Positions 1 to 11,189 of a stretch of DNA of 64,000 nucleotides are shown here, in pieces. The stretch lies in sequence record PP885733.1. One strand, written 5' to 3'. How positions within the stretch are numbered: position 1 is the stretch's first letter; every line of letters starts with the position of its first letter. Below the pieces are notes generated by a model, which saw only the letters and a list, made by a program, of their open reading frames with translations, ran no database searches and had not been told where the DNA came from. Both the position numbers and the translations under genes were made by a program.

Positions 1-906
1 TCAACCACCCATGAAGTTCGGGTTCTGAATGGTACGAGCATCTTTGTTCATGCTGTCCAGGATACCGTTGTTCTGGATTGCTGCCAGGTTGGCAGTTGGT
101 TGTTTGAAGCCAGCTGGAGCAGCGCGACCGCCTGGGTTGTACAGAGGCATACGTTTCATCACAGCACGTGCGATTTCTTTTGCAGCCAGTGTATCGAACT
201 CCATCAGGCCAGTGAACTCAGTAGAGATTTCACGAACCTGACCAGAAGCCTGTTCAACGTTGAAGCTGAACTCGTAGTTCGGACCTTCTTTAGGCATCTG
301 CCCCAGAACCAGAACGGCGTGACGCACGTCCTGCCAGTTACGGGTAGGCTCGAAGTAGATGGAGCTCATAGAGATCTCATCCAGCAGCAGCTCACCGGAG
401 TAACCCAGGGTGATGATTTTCGGATGACGAATCGTTGGATCGTTCAGCAGGTAGCTGATCCAAGTATCGAACATCTTGGAGAAGGTTTCGCCTTCCGGGT
501 CCAGAGCCATGTGGCTGATAGAACCGAACTGGCGGGTAGAACCAACCGGGAAGCTCAGGGTAGAACCACCTGCCCAGGTGATGTCGTGGTAATCAACGGA
601 AGTACGAACCGTCAGACCACTCCACTCACGAGAACGAGTTTCCATGTATGCACGGAGCAGGCCATGGAGATCTTTACCACCTGGCAGGTTCGAGAACGCT
701 GCTGGGGTAGAAAGGTTCACACAGTACGGACGCTGTGAAACGTACGGCTGTTCCTGAACGTAACGGAAGTTGTTTGGTGCGAAGCCATACTGACCACCAT
801 TGGCGGCATTGATCAGCGGAGTGTTACCGATATCGAATGCGCGTTTGAAGTCAGAGTTACCTGGCATCAGCGTCAGGTTGTCGCGATGCGGAAAGTTAGT
901 AGCCAT
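1..906 (-). CDS. Tail tube protein (phiKZ gp30-like)
   Basis: 301 aa ORF directly downstream of the sheath gene; size and position match the conserved sheath-tube pair of phiKZ-like phages. Confidence 0.7.
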   Translation of the reverse strand: MATNFPHRDNLTLMPGNSDFKRAFDIGNTPLINAANGGQYGFAPNNFRYVQEQPYVSQRPYCVNLSTPAAFSNLPGGKDLHGLLRAYMETRSREWSGLTVRTSVDYHDITWAGGSTLSFPVGSTRQFGSISHMALDPEGETFSKMFDTWISYLLNDPTIRHPKIITLGYSGELLLDEISMSSIYFEPTRNWQDVRHAVLVLGQMPKEGPNYEFSFNVEQASGQVREISTEFTGLMEFDTLAAKEIARAVMKRMPLYNPGGRAAPAGFKQPTANLAAIQNNGILDSMNKDARTIQNPNFMGG

Positions 907-919
907 CTTTCTTCATTCC

Positions 920-3118
920 TTATTGTTCGGTCAAGCTGTCTTCGTTGTAGGCTTCCAGCACCGAGTTCATCATGTAAACGCCTTTACCGAACCAGAGGCG
1001 GGTAACAGCATACATGACAGACTTGGAGGTCGGAGAGTCTTCACGGAACGAAGTAACAACTTCCCAGTTGGAGATTACAGAACCGAACAGTTCACGGATA
1101 CGTGCTTCGGCACCATCTTTAACGAATGCCAGATAACCTTCACGGCCAATCTGAGTATCGCCAGAAACCTGGATCCACAGATCCTGCAGGATCTTCTCAA
1201 CGCACACGCACTTCCACACGTTGGTCAGATCTTTCAGCACACTGTTGATGTTGTCATAAACAGTTGGCAGCGCCGGACGGCAGAACTGAGACGTGTTGAT
1301 TGGAGTGACGGTGATAGAACCGTTGGTCAGGTTGTTTGCAGCCGGATCATCAGCTTCGAATTCCACGAGTGGATCGTGCATGATGCGCAGGATGCGGTTA
1401 CCTTCATGGTCAGGCATCAGAGATGCGTACATCTTACCGTCTTCACCACCACCTGCAACTGCGAAGGCGTACATGGTATCCAGGTTCAGAGAGAACCGGT
1501 TCCAGGTCACTTCGTCAATTACACGGGCGTTCCAAAGGTTGATGGAAGAACGACACGCATGAGACTTGTAGGTCTCAGATTCAGGAATCATGCTGATACG
1601 AGTATTCAGCATAGTCGCCGTAGAGTACAGCTCTTCCTGGGTTTTGGTGCGCAGGTATTCAGTTGCACACGGAACAACGATGATGTCTTTACGCTTATTC
1701 AGCATCTGGATCATGGCCAGTTTAACATCAATGTTGAACCCGACGTCCCACATGAAAGAGGTACGGTTACGGATGACGTCTTTCACGTCCAGCGAGTTCT
1801 GGTATTCCAGCAACCACGCCAGGTACAGCATCTGGTTCATTTCCCAGCACTGTTTGTGAGATACGATTGCATCCGGGTCAGATACGTCAGTAATCCATTC
1901 GCCATCCAGATCATCGATCCAGTTGGAAGGTTTAGCTGGGTACTGGCCGTCTTTATCAGCGAACGGGTTGATACCGCCGTTAGCCTGCTGATAGTGGTTC
2001 AGGCTCACACGGGAACCTTCCAGCTTGTCAGCAACTTTCAGTGCGCCACCGAACACGATGCGGTGATATGGTTTACCGTAATGGTCGACCAGATCCAGCG
2101 GGTTCATGATAGCGTACTTAGGCATACGGTTGCTCAGTACAGTCGGAGGAGTCTGACCACCATCGACATACTCTGCTTTGTAAAGTTCATTACAAACGGT
2201 ATTGATGTTGTTCTGATAAATGAAGGTGTTGTTGAACGGCGCTTCACGATCAGAGGTCGGACGGTTGACGTTTTTACCGGTATAGGTATCAACGGCAGTT
2301 TTCAGGCTGTAGCGAACTTTCAGGTCGGAGACCATGTCGAACAGAGTAAAGGTGGTGTCCGGAGAACCACTTACGCTGCTGAATGGAACACGCAGGCCGT
2401 TTGGCAACAGGGTACCGATGTTCAGTACGAACGGGTACGCGCCGTTGGTGATAACAAAGCGAGCGATTTCAGACCAGTCGGTGCTGTAGCTGTGACCCAT
2501 CGCAGCATAGCTTGCGTTGTAGGCATCACCGATACCAGCTTCCAGTTCATAGAACGGATAGAACTTGCCTTTGGTCCCGACAGGGATGTCAGGAGTAGAC
2601 GCATCAGCCGTTACTTCGAATACTGCAGCTTTGCCAACTTCCAGATCTTTCACGAACTGAGTGGCTGGACAGATCCACTTACCTTCAACGGTAGGAGTGG
2701 CGTCGTCCGGAACTGGGTTGCCAGCATCGTCAACAGCATAATCGCCCGAAGGCAGACGTTTGTAGTTTGGTACATCACCAGAGAACACAGCAACGCCGCC
2801 CAGAACACGCGCTTGCACGGTGTTGTTGGTCAGACGTTTGAAACTGAAGCTAGCCTGTGCGGCATCGCCGAGTTTCATGATCGCCAGAGAAACCGGGTTG
2901 TAATACATCCCGAACGCATCAGTAGTGTCACCGAATTTCTCAGTGAAGCCACCTACCGACGTGGTCGCGCGACGGGTAGGCCCTTTTGGGGTAACCATCG
3001 CGAAGTCCGGAAAGTGAGCAGGAGAAGAGATAATGGGAGTTGTGCTCGCGAATTCTTCGCGGGACACGATACCCTCATTAACTACTTTCCCTGGAATCAC
3101 TTTGTTAAAAGTTTCCAT
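920..3118 (-). CDS. Contractile tail sheath protein (phiKZ gp29-like)
   Basis: ~732 aa from METFNKV (GAGG SD upstream; ORF track extends to 3157); sheath-like C-terminus (WDVGF..., LWFGKGVY); next to tube gene. Confidence 0.8.
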   Translation of the reverse strand: METFNKVIPGKVVNEGIVSREEFASTTPIISSPAHFPDFAMVTPKGPTRRATTSVGGFTEKFGDTTDAFGMYYNPVSLAIMKLGDAAQASFSFKRLTNNTVQARVLGGVAVFSGDVPNYKRLPSGDYAVDDAGNPVPDDATPTVEGKWICPATQFVKDLEVGKAAVFEVTADASTPDIPVGTKGKFYPFYELEAGIGDAYNASYAAMGHSYSTDWSEIARFVITNGAYPFVLNIGTLLPNGLRVPFSSVSGSPDTTFTLFDMVSDLKVRYSLKTAVDTYTGKNVNRPTSDREAPFNNTFIYQNNINTVCNELYKAEYVDGGQTPPTVLSNRMPKYAIMNPLDLVDHYGKPYHRIVFGGALKVADKLEGSRVSLNHYQQANGGINPFADKDGQYPAKPSNWIDDLDGEWITDVSDPDAIVSHKQCWEMNQMLYLAWLLEYQNSLDVKDVIRNRTSFMWDVGFNIDVKLAMIQMLNKRKDIIVVPCATEYLRTKTQEELYSTATMLNTRISMIPESETYKSHACRSSINLWNARVIDEVTWNRFSLNLDTMYAFAVAGGGEDGKMYASLMPDHEGNRILRIMHDPLVEFEADDPAANNLTNGSITVTPINTSQFCRPALPTVYDNINSVLKDLTNVWKCVCVEKILQDLWIQVSGDTQIGREGYLAFVKDGAEARIRELFGSVISNWEVVTSFREDSPTSKSVMYAVTRLWFGKGVYMMNSVLEAYNEDSLTEQ

Positions 3119-3224
3119 ATGAAAAACCTCGTTAATTTTTTTGATCAAAAAAATCAATCGTATGACCCAAATTCGGGCAGATGGTTAACGTTAACACGCA
3201 TAACATTATTTCAGGACTGCAGCT

Positions 3225-4100
3225 ATGATGCTAAATGGTTATGAGACTACAGTAGGTAGTCGCTTTAAGGTTAAGGACAAAGTCGAGGAGACTGTAAAGT
3301 TACTCCAAAGTACTAACCGCCTTGACATGGTAGATACTCGTGGGGTATTCGCAATTGACCAGAAGAACGACTTTGGTCTTGCTCCATTTATCTTCCCAAT
3401 CTCTGTTCTTAACTACATGCGCGAACCTGTAACAGTTCTCGATCAACGCACCTACTTTAATAGTCAGGGCCGTAACGTGAACGTACCGGAATACAACATT
3501 ATGTTGTTAGGTGCTATTCTTCAACAGGACCTCCAGCGCAACAACCTGTCCTTGGTTAAATCTGTCCGTCCGTACACTATCAAAGCATTCGCTAATGCTG
3601 TTGGTAATGCAATTGGTCGTACAGTAACTTTGGACATTCTTCAGAAGATGACACTGCGTATCATCCTGGCACACTATTTCGTGTGTTTGTCTGAAGATCC
3701 AAACGTAGACTGGAAGTTTGTATCTGCAAACGCCGTCTCTCGTTCTCTGCGTGTTTCTCAGCAGGACGTTCTGGAAGTAGCTGATGAAGTTGGCTTCCTG
3801 AGTAAGCTGGAAGATCTCCAGAAAGCGATCGTAAACCACCCTGCACTGTTCCCGCTGAAGCGTCTGGACATTGGTGGTCTGGTAGCCGCTGGTTCTTCTA
3901 TCTTCTTCGCAACGTCGGGCTTCCGCCAGCTGATGGGTGCTGCACTTGAGATGCCTACATTATTTACGGCTATCTGTCACGGTGCTGCGACTCAGCGTAT
4001 TTATCAGAACACTGCTGTTGGTCAAGAACTGAACGTTAAGACCGATAAGTCTGTTGAGAACTTCATCCGTACAGTTGAGTATTACTTCAACTCGAAATAA
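3225..4100 (+). CDS. Conserved virion protein (phiKZ gp28-like position)
   Basis: 291 aa ORF divergent from sheath; synteny only. Confidence 0.5.
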   Translation: MMLNGYETTVGSRFKVKDKVEETVKLLQSTNRLDMVDTRGVFAIDQKNDFGLAPFIFPISVLNYMREPVTVLDQRTYFNSQGRNVNVPEYNIMLLGAILQQDLQRNNLSLVKSVRPYTIKAFANAVGNAIGRTVTLDILQKMTLRIILAHYFVCLSEDPNVDWKFVSANAVSRSLRVSQQDVLEVADEVGFLSKLEDLQKAIVNHPALFPLKRLDIGGLVAAGSSIFFATSGFRQLMGAALEMPTLFTAICHGAATQRIYQNTAVGQELNVKTDKSVENFIRTVEYYFNSK

Positions 4101-4124
4101 CGTTTACTTCTTGGGGTGTAATTA

Positions 4125-6929
4125 ATGACCGCATATTCTCTTGAATATACCCAAGACAGAAACCCAATGGTTGATTACGCTACAAAGAACATGTGGGGTA
4201 ATCCTGAACTCGATTCCCAGTATCAGATCAAACTGAGCCGGGTATCGGGTAACCAGGGTTTCATTAACGACTTTCCTTACTGGGGTAAGAGACATCTCCT
4301 GCCTAGTAACCTTGAGTTCTATCATGTCTTTAGCTTAGCTGGACTTGATATCGGATTCTGGAACATGGGGAGTCGTGGGGAGAGCTGGTATCCACACAAC
4401 CAGTGGATTAAAGCAAGTACCTTTGCTCGTAACCGTGGTATCAACATTGATATCTATTCGGGTAATGGTTCCATGTTTGTTCGTGATGAAACTTACATCA
4501 TGGATACGTTCCAAGGCGGTACATTACTGTGCATTCCTAAGAACGTTAACTTCCCTCTCCCGTTGGGTAAGAATCTTTATATGCACTGTTACACTGTGGA
4601 CATCAACACCCGCACTGTATCAGATGCAAATCTGCTGAAGTACTCAGTCGGTTATGTCGGGCACATCTATCAGAAGCCTGCGGACTTTGATCGTGTTAAG
4701 CTGAACTACGATACGTGGAAAGCTTTCAACATGGGTCAGGTTCTGTTCTGGCACAACGGTGTGACCAAAGACATCAACTCTATCACTTGTATTCCAGGTG
4801 ACATGATTGAGGCAAGCTATGATCCTTCCATTGAGATCATTGCAAGTTATCGCTACAACAAGATGCCTGACTACTATTCGGAAACGGATAAGAAAAGGAA
4901 AGTGATCTTGTTCCCAGGTTTCAAAGACAAGCCGCGTGTCTATCGTTATTACGATGACTGTATCTACTTTGTAACCAACCGTCGTAATGGCAATATGTAC
5001 TACTATAACCGTAACTCTGAAGATGCTGTTCGTCAGCTAACTCATCAGGACTACGGGATGTGTGCATCTTACATTGACTTCCTTGCGGATCGACATATTA
5101 ATGAAGACCCGACCAAGAAGACCACCATCAATGACATTGACATTACTGTGGCTTATCACAAGACTCTGTGGAAGGTTCCTGTCGGACCAACTTCAAGTCG
5201 TATTAACGATCTATATTTGCTCGAAGATTTCAACGATATCCTCGACGCACTGACAGGCGTTAAGTCATCTATTCCTGAGTGGACAGCTAACAAGCTGGAA
5301 AGCTCTCCGACTAACTTGGTACTGAATCGGGATGTTCGCTTCCTGAAGACCAAAGCTATTCGTGAAGGGTTAGGTTATAATGGTTGTGCTGTTGCTATGA
5401 GTAACACACCGCTGTACATGCCTTATGACCCACCGGGAACACCTAACCATAAACCGATCTATCTCACTCCTCCTTATACTTCTGGGTTGGGCTACAAAGT
5501 CCCGCCAACTTACGTTGAGTATTCCACAGCGTATGAGTATGGAGAAGATGGTCTCCTGTTACGTTTACGTCAGGTGATCAATCAGGAATGGTACATGCCT
5601 AGCGAAGACTGCTTCTATGTTGAGTGGGCATTGGGTAAAGCAACTCAGAAGGTTGACTACGTCGTTTCACAGAAAGACGTTAAGATCAAACTGGGTTATG
5701 GCTTCCGTGTTTATAAAGCACCTTACGCCGCACCTCCTGAACCTCCTGAGGGAGATGGTAAAGAGATTAAGGTCAGTACTGATGGGACTAACCCGTATCC
5801 TCCAGACGGTAAAGAACTCCGTGTGTGGGAACTGGATCAGGGTGAGGGTGAAGATCCTGACTTGCCAGATGGTGGTTTCCTGAAAGGACCTTGGGTTGAT
5901 ATTACTGGAACCGATGAGTACGAGATCATCAACGGATATGTTGTCTTCCGTTTCGATACGGTCAACTACATGGGCTTGGTAGTTTCTGACTATCACCACA
6001 TCTATAACAGTTTCAACCTGTCTCACATTGACAACTCGCTGTCCTTTGCTATCACACGTAGCTGGACTATCGGGGATAAGATCCTTGAGATGGAACCAGG
6101 TCAAATTGACATCTGGATGAACCGACATCCTCTTACCGAGAACGTCGACTACTATCTCGATTTCCCGAACGTCTACATCACTAACAAAATGTGGTTAGTT
6201 GATGGACCACAGTTCTTCCAGTATCGTGCTACCGGTCTTTCTAAGAACGGTTTGGTGAACACGAGTGAGCTGGGGATTGTTGCTGACAGTGTGATCGGTA
6301 TGAATGGTCGTTATAACCTTCGTATCGACAGACCAACCAAAACCATTATGGGTGGTCGTTTGTTCCTGACACAGACGGTTGACTCAGGTGAGGATATTAA
6401 CCACGGTCGTAATGCAGCTAAGTACAATGGCTGGCCTTATGAGGTCAAACACATTTACTGCGCTAACAAGTACGTCGACTGGTATGATACTTATTGGGGT
6501 TATGAGGAAGCACGAGAACTCGATAAGAGAATCTCTGACTACCTGACCGAGCACGTCAAGTACAAACCTAAGGAAGCAACCACTACGGTATATATGGAAG
6601 ATGACAAGTATCGTCTCTATAGCCCGTTCCTAAGTATGATTGTCAACGAACTGCTGTTAGGGTTCATGGATGCACCTGCTCCTTCTGGGAAAGAGATTCC
6701 TTACCCAGCGAGTCTTATTGATAACATGACTCGTGAACATCAGTGGATGCTGAAATACGATCCAATCGTTAACGACATCGACTTACGGTTCTTTACCGTA
6801 CAGCCTTACAACAACAGAGAGATCGTAGAGGTCACTCCTGACCAGCTGACCTTTATCAAATCGATTAATGATTTGTTCTTAGGCGGTAAGGTCTATATCG
6901 AGGGTTATTTCGAGGTGAAGCATGTTTGA
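4125..6929 (+). CDS. Large virion/baseplate protein (phiKZ gp27-like position)
   Basis: 934 aa ORF between sheath and terminase; synteny only. Confidence 0.5.
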   Translation: MTAYSLEYTQDRNPMVDYATKNMWGNPELDSQYQIKLSRVSGNQGFINDFPYWGKRHLLPSNLEFYHVFSLAGLDIGFWNMGSRGESWYPHNQWIKASTFARNRGINIDIYSGNGSMFVRDETYIMDTFQGGTLLCIPKNVNFPLPLGKNLYMHCYTVDINTRTVSDANLLKYSVGYVGHIYQKPADFDRVKLNYDTWKAFNMGQVLFWHNGVTKDINSITCIPGDMIEASYDPSIEIIASYRYNKMPDYYSETDKKRKVILFPGFKDKPRVYRYYDDCIYFVTNRRNGNMYYYNRNSEDAVRQLTHQDYGMCASYIDFLADRHINEDPTKKTTINDIDITVAYHKTLWKVPVGPTSSRINDLYLLEDFNDILDALTGVKSSIPEWTANKLESSPTNLVLNRDVRFLKTKAIREGLGYNGCAVAMSNTPLYMPYDPPGTPNHKPIYLTPPYTSGLGYKVPPTYVEYSTAYEYGEDGLLLRLRQVINQEWYMPSEDCFYVEWALGKATQKVDYVVSQKDVKIKLGYGFRVYKAPYAAPPEPPEGDGKEIKVSTDGTNPYPPDGKELRVWELDQGEGEDPDLPDGGFLKGPWVDITGTDEYEIINGYVVFRFDTVNYMGLVVSDYHHIYNSFNLSHIDNSLSFAITRSWTIGDKILEMEPGQIDIWMNRHPLTENVDYYLDFPNVYITNKMWLVDGPQFFQYRATGLSKNGLVNTSELGIVADSVIGMNGRYNLRIDRPTKTIMGGRLFLTQTVDSGEDINHGRNAAKYNGWPYEVKHIYCANKYVDWYDTYWGYEEARELDKRISDYLTEHVKYKPKEATTTVYMEDDKYRLYSPFLSMIVNELLLGFMDAPAPSGKEIPYPASLIDNMTREHQWMLKYDPIVNDIDLRFFTVQPYNNREIVEVTPDQLTFIKSINDLFLGGKVYIEGYFEVKHV

Positions 6930-8658
6930 TAAGAACCCCAAAATCCAAACGGCTCCAGTTGCTCCAGCTCAGGGTACCAATCCTGAGAACAACGGTGACC
7001 GTAAGGTGGTGCGCTATTTGGATCAGATCTTTGATCCAGATGTTCACCCCCTTGAGGACAGGGCCAAATACGTAGTTCCTTATGAAGGGGAACTCGTTCA
7101 CGATACAGCTAACCACCGCATCCTCATCGTTAAACACGTTGACAAGTATGCGACATGGAAGACGACGTTTGAAAACTACTGGCTGTTGCCAGAGCAAACG
7201 AACGACGACTATGATCTGTTCCCTAAACACGAGTACGGATTCCTTCAGGGTGAACTCGCTTTCGCGATTGACTTCTCTGAACGTCCGGCAGTAGCTCGCG
7301 TTGACTCCAACGCCACGGGCAGCGATGCTGCTTACGCAATGGTCTATAAAGGGTCACTGATCAATGAAAAAGGCGTCGTTATCTCTGCGACCTATGAAGG
7401 ACAGAACTTGGTCAGTAACAAGATCGCTGTCTCTCCTGTGGTCATCGATAACCTTGAGAACAAAACCATCGTTGGATGCAATAGCTTCTCTGTTACTCAG
7501 AATGAAGCTGCGTTACCAAATGGTACTCGTTGTACTCTGGTTTACTACGATATTGCAGGTCGTCCAATTCCTCCTACGTATCCAATCGTAGTCCAGCACT
7601 GTGCTTATCTGCGCGATCACCAACTGAGTGTTCGTTACGTTAAGAACATTGAACTGATTGCTCCGTGGTTCACGAACAGTATGCGTCCTCGCACCATGTT
7701 CGTTCCGATCAACTTGCCTCTGACTGCTATTGAGTTCAGGGCACGTGTCCACTACAGCGACGGTTCTTCCGAAGAACATCCGGTTAACTCCATCAGTGGG
7801 GATTCTGGTTTCACTCTTCATGGTCTGGACCAGTATAAACCTACGACGCCTAACCAGGTGTCCGATGCGGTAGTATTGACCTATGCGTTTAAAGAACACG
7901 AGCAAGCACTCATCGCTCAGCCAGGGTCGCCTCGTCACATGTCTGAAAGCTATGAGATTGTGGCTACTCCCGCTCAGGGTGCTTATAGTCCTCGCATTTA
8001 TAGCTATCCTTACTGGGATGCTACTGTGGGTTACAAACTTAGACACTGGCTTACTGATCTTGATCGCAAGTATTGCCGTGATGTCACTGACCAGGTCACC
8101 CTGAACCAAGCTTCTCCGGTATTCAACGGTAAGAAGTTCGGGGAAGAGCAGCCAATGATCTTCAACCTGAACATGCGCGATGTTTCTGCAGTTTACGAAC
8201 CGTGGGCATTCGTTCAGTACACGACGATCACTCTGTACAACCCGCCAACCAACGTTGGTCGTAAGTGGGATGTTCGTCACTCCTACTCTCGTCCTCCGTT
8301 CAGCGCGCTGACTGTCGAGTACATTCAGCAGGTTAACGGATCTGTACTGGCTAAGTTCTCTAAATACTCTACTACGGCTGAGTTCATTGCTGATGCTTAC
8401 GATAAGTTCGAACCAATGTTTGATCCTCGTACTGAAATCAAGCCACCACAACCAACTCACTTCGATTTGGTTCGTGTCAATGGAACGGCACGTACAGGTA
8501 TTCCGGTTGATGCACAGAACAACCTCCCTATCTCTGACTTGACGTTGGCAGATGGTGAGACTATGTACATCCGCTGGGTACGTCGTGATAGCACTGGCGC
8601 TGAACTTCAGCTTGGTGTTTCTGCGACAGTCTGTAAGAAAGTGACTGCGTTCAGCTAA
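6922..8658 (+). CDS. Virion protein (phiKZ gp26-like position)
   Basis: 578 aa beta-rich ORF overlapping the previous stop; converges on terminase; synteny. Confidence 0.5.
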   Translation: MFDKNPKIQTAPVAPAQGTNPENNGDRKVVRYLDQIFDPDVHPLEDRAKYVVPYEGELVHDTANHRILIVKHVDKYATWKTTFENYWLLPEQTNDDYDLFPKHEYGFLQGELAFAIDFSERPAVARVDSNATGSDAAYAMVYKGSLINEKGVVISATYEGQNLVSNKIAVSPVVIDNLENKTIVGCNSFSVTQNEAALPNGTRCTLVYYDIAGRPIPPTYPIVVQHCAYLRDHQLSVRYVKNIELIAPWFTNSMRPRTMFVPINLPLTAIEFRARVHYSDGSSEEHPVNSISGDSGFTLHGLDQYKPTTPNQVSDAVVLTYAFKEHEQALIAQPGSPRHMSESYEIVATPAQGAYSPRIYSYPYWDATVGYKLRHWLTDLDRKYCRDVTDQVTLNQASPVFNGKKFGEEQPMIFNLNMRDVSAVYEPWAFVQYTTITLYNPPTNVGRKWDVRHSYSRPPFSALTVEYIQQVNGSVLAKFSKYSTTAEFIADAYDKFEPMFDPRTEIKPPQPTHFDLVRVNGTARTGIPVDAQNNLPISDLTLADGETMYIRWVRRDSTGAELQLGVSATVCKKVTAFS

Positions 8659-8662
8659 CAAG

Positions 8663-8704
8663 CATAACCCCTACCCCTCCTCACGGAGTGGGTAGGGGAA
8701 TATG
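8663..8704. terminator. Bidirectional intrinsic terminator; identical to 11639-11680
   Basis: CCCCTACCC-ctcc-TCAC-ggag-tGGGTAGGGG hairpin between convergent genes. Confidence 0.85.
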
Positions 8705-8709
8705 TTTCT

Positions 8710-11043
8710 TTAGAATTGTCGACCGAATCTTGCAAAGCGAGATTTCTTGGAACGTTGCTCAATCAGACGTTTCTGTCTTTCTTGTTTAGCGTTCTCAATG
8801 ATCTCATCGATGGTGATTGTTTTACGCATCTCTTTAGGAATCAATCCAGAGAGTTTACGTACTTCGGCTTCAATACGAGAAGCAATGGTACTGTTGTCTG
8901 TACCGAGTAGTTCTTTGGTTAAGTTGTTAATACGCTCTTTAATACGGATGAACATATCCAACTGCGCTTTCGTATACTTAGGTTCTTCCCCGTTGTCACG
9001 CAGAGTTTTAACCTCTGTCATCGTGGCGCCTTGTGGGATGTTGTAATAAGCTTTGTTGTACCCGAGCTTAATGAACCAGTAAGTCAGAAGCCAAGCAATT
9101 ACCAAGTCATCGTGACCTTTCGAGGCGTGGTCAATACGACCATCCTTATCAACTTCCAACCCGATCAATTCGTCAACAAGTAAAGGATAACCAATACCAG
9201 CTCCGGTAAGTGAAACAGCTTCAAAGATAAAGCCGTACATCTCACGACGGGTTTGTGGCGTGGTTGCAAATCCGAACTTACCTTTATACTTGAGGTAGAA
9301 CTCTTTTGTTCTGTACTTGAAGTTAACTTCACGAACATCACGGAGTTCAGACTCATAACGAATTGGGTACTGGTAGATGTCGTTAAACAGACGCTTGAAC
9401 GGATCAATACCATAAGCAGGCAGAGTGATAAGCAAACGCTCGATCATCATAGCTGCACGGTTTCGTTCAATAATCAGCATGGAGTTAGGGATGCGTATCA
9501 GGAGCTCTTTAACCACGTCTGTAACGTCGTCAAGGAACGCAAGAGGATAACGTCCTGTCCCAATTACTTCACCGCTCTTAAGTCGTCTGAGGACCAATGT
9601 ACATGCATCTCGGTCGTTCGCATCCGAGGTATCCATACCCATCAGTATGTATTCATCTTCGGAGTTGATGTAGAGATCGAGTTCTTCTTCTGAGATGAAC
9701 CAGTCTACGAATAGTCCGGTATCCAGAATCTCCTCATTGCGTAAGAACGATTTCTTAGATGATGCTAAAGACTCACGAGTGAAGTCGTCGAAGAGTTTGT
9801 TCATCCCTTCTTCTGTCCACATCATCAACAAGTCGATCTTAGCCTTAGACCAAGACAGACCCAGTTTGTCCATGGTCTCTTTCACCCAGTTAGGACCAAA
9901 GCCTAATTGCAGGTGAGTAAACATCATACCAATACGAGGAGAGGTGGTCTTAACCGGAGATGCTTTAATGCAGCGCTGAACCAAGTGACTCTCAGAGAAG
10001 CTATCGTAGAACGATTCACGCCACTCAGTAGAGTTCTTGAAATCATCGTGCATGTAACGACCTTCCGCCTTCAGGATCGAGTTAGGCGTTGTCGCTTTAG
10101 CTGTAAAGTAAGGAATACCTTTTTCACGTGCTTCTTTCTGCGCCGTCAGTGTTGCTGGCGCTGCACCGTTTACGATGTTTTCTATGTACTTCGTCCATGC
10201 AGGTTCGTCGTACAACAGAACTTCGAAGGTAGAACCACGAGCCACGTTCTCTGCGCCGTCCTCACCACCCGAAGGTACACGTACTTCAAAGGTGTTCTTT
10301 TTATCAGCCCCGAATGCTTCATAAGAAAGAATGTTACCAGCATCCTTATCCTTATATGTCATGTTACACATATAGTGAGGTAGAGCTGAACGTATCTTCT
10401 TAATCGCTTCAACGAACTGCATACGGTTCGAAGCCGCAAGTGTAATAAGACCGGTACGGAAACCACGACCAGTCAGATACTGCATAATAAATGTCAGTAC
10501 CTGCATCCCTACAGTTTTACCAGACTGACGAGGCATCAGGATAGTAGTAGGTAAATGGTTAAGGCAGCACCAGATGAAAGAGATAACAGCACGGTTAGCA
10601 CGGAAACGTGAGGAGCCGTTGACTTTCACTACTTCACGGATTGCATACCAGATGTTCTCATTACACTCATTGAGAATCATCATCTGCTGTTCATCCGTCA
10701 GATTAGGATCCCATGGGTCGAGATCTTTAATCAACGGGTTGTTAATCTGTAAGAGGAAGTAATAGTTCTTAATCCCCATCTGTCTGAACAGTTCTGCGGT
10801 ACGGAGGAATGACTTGTTACTTGTCTCTAAGTGAACTCCTCCCCCATATCGGGAGAAGTCCTTTAAGAAGCGTACAGTCTTCAGAGTCCATAAGCTATCT
10901 TCCTCATAATGAGCCACGATTCTTTCATCGTGATCGGTCAGAGGAGTTCGCTTATCCTTATCATCCATAAGGTACTCGGGAAGAGCCGCCGCTTTGCCTC
11001 CTAAATGAGTTAGGAGCTTCTTGGCGAGGCTTAACTTATCCAT
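8710..11043 (-). CDS. terL: Terminase large subunit
   Basis: Walker A PRQSGKT, Walker B LLYDE, RNase H-like nuclease MGMDTS and HDDLVIA; start placed at MDKLS after AAGGTG (track starts at 11055). Confidence 0.9.
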   Translation of the reverse strand: MDKLSLAKKLLTHLGGKAAALPEYLMDDKDKRTPLTDHDERIVAHYEEDSLWTLKTVRFLKDFSRYGGGVHLETSNKSFLRTAELFRQMGIKNYYFLLQINNPLIKDLDPWDPNLTDEQQMMILNECNENIWYAIREVVKVNGSSRFRANRAVISFIWCCLNHLPTTILMPRQSGKTVGMQVLTFIMQYLTGRGFRTGLITLAASNRMQFVEAIKKIRSALPHYMCNMTYKDKDAGNILSYEAFGADKKNTFEVRVPSGGEDGAENVARGSTFEVLLYDEPAWTKYIENIVNGAAPATLTAQKEAREKGIPYFTAKATTPNSILKAEGRYMHDDFKNSTEWRESFYDSFSESHLVQRCIKASPVKTTSPRIGMMFTHLQLGFGPNWVKETMDKLGLSWSKAKIDLLMMWTEEGMNKLFDDFTRESLASSKKSFLRNEEILDTGLFVDWFISEEELDLYINSEDEYILMGMDTSDANDRDACTLVLRRLKSGEVIGTGRYPLAFLDDVTDVVKELLIRIPNSMLIIERNRAAMMIERLLITLPAYGIDPFKRLFNDIYQYPIRYESELRDVREVNFKYRTKEFYLKYKGKFGFATTPQTRREMYGFIFEAVSLTGAGIGYPLLVDELIGLEVDKDGRIDHASKGHDDLVIAWLLTYWFIKLGYNKAYYNIPQGATMTEVKTLRDNGEEPKYTKAQLDMFIRIKERINNLTKELLGTDNSTIASRIEAEVRKLSGLIPKEMRKTITIDEIIENAKQERQKRLIEQRSKKSRFARFGRQF

Positions 11044-11137
11044 TCGATGAATCACCTTGATTTTAATTTGGAAGGCTTACAAAGCCCTGTAGGCAATGTG
11101 CCTTATCAAATAATACTGATTCATCTGCATTCTTCCA

Positions 11138-11160
11138 CAGACATATATTATCATAGTGTA
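11138..11160 (+). promoter_or_regulatory. Putative early (virion RNAP) promoter
   Basis: ATATTAT-catag-TGTA; same motif recurs upstream of 6 other + strand genes. Confidence 0.6.
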
Positions 11161-11189
11161 AAACCATTCACTTTAATAAGGAGCTTTAT

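Noticed and set aside
800-3244. 814-aa + strand ORF
   Set aside because: Antisense shadow of the sheath gene, caused by strong codon bias; no SD and unnatural composition. The same applies to 7513-8661, 34821-35951 and 46353-47600.
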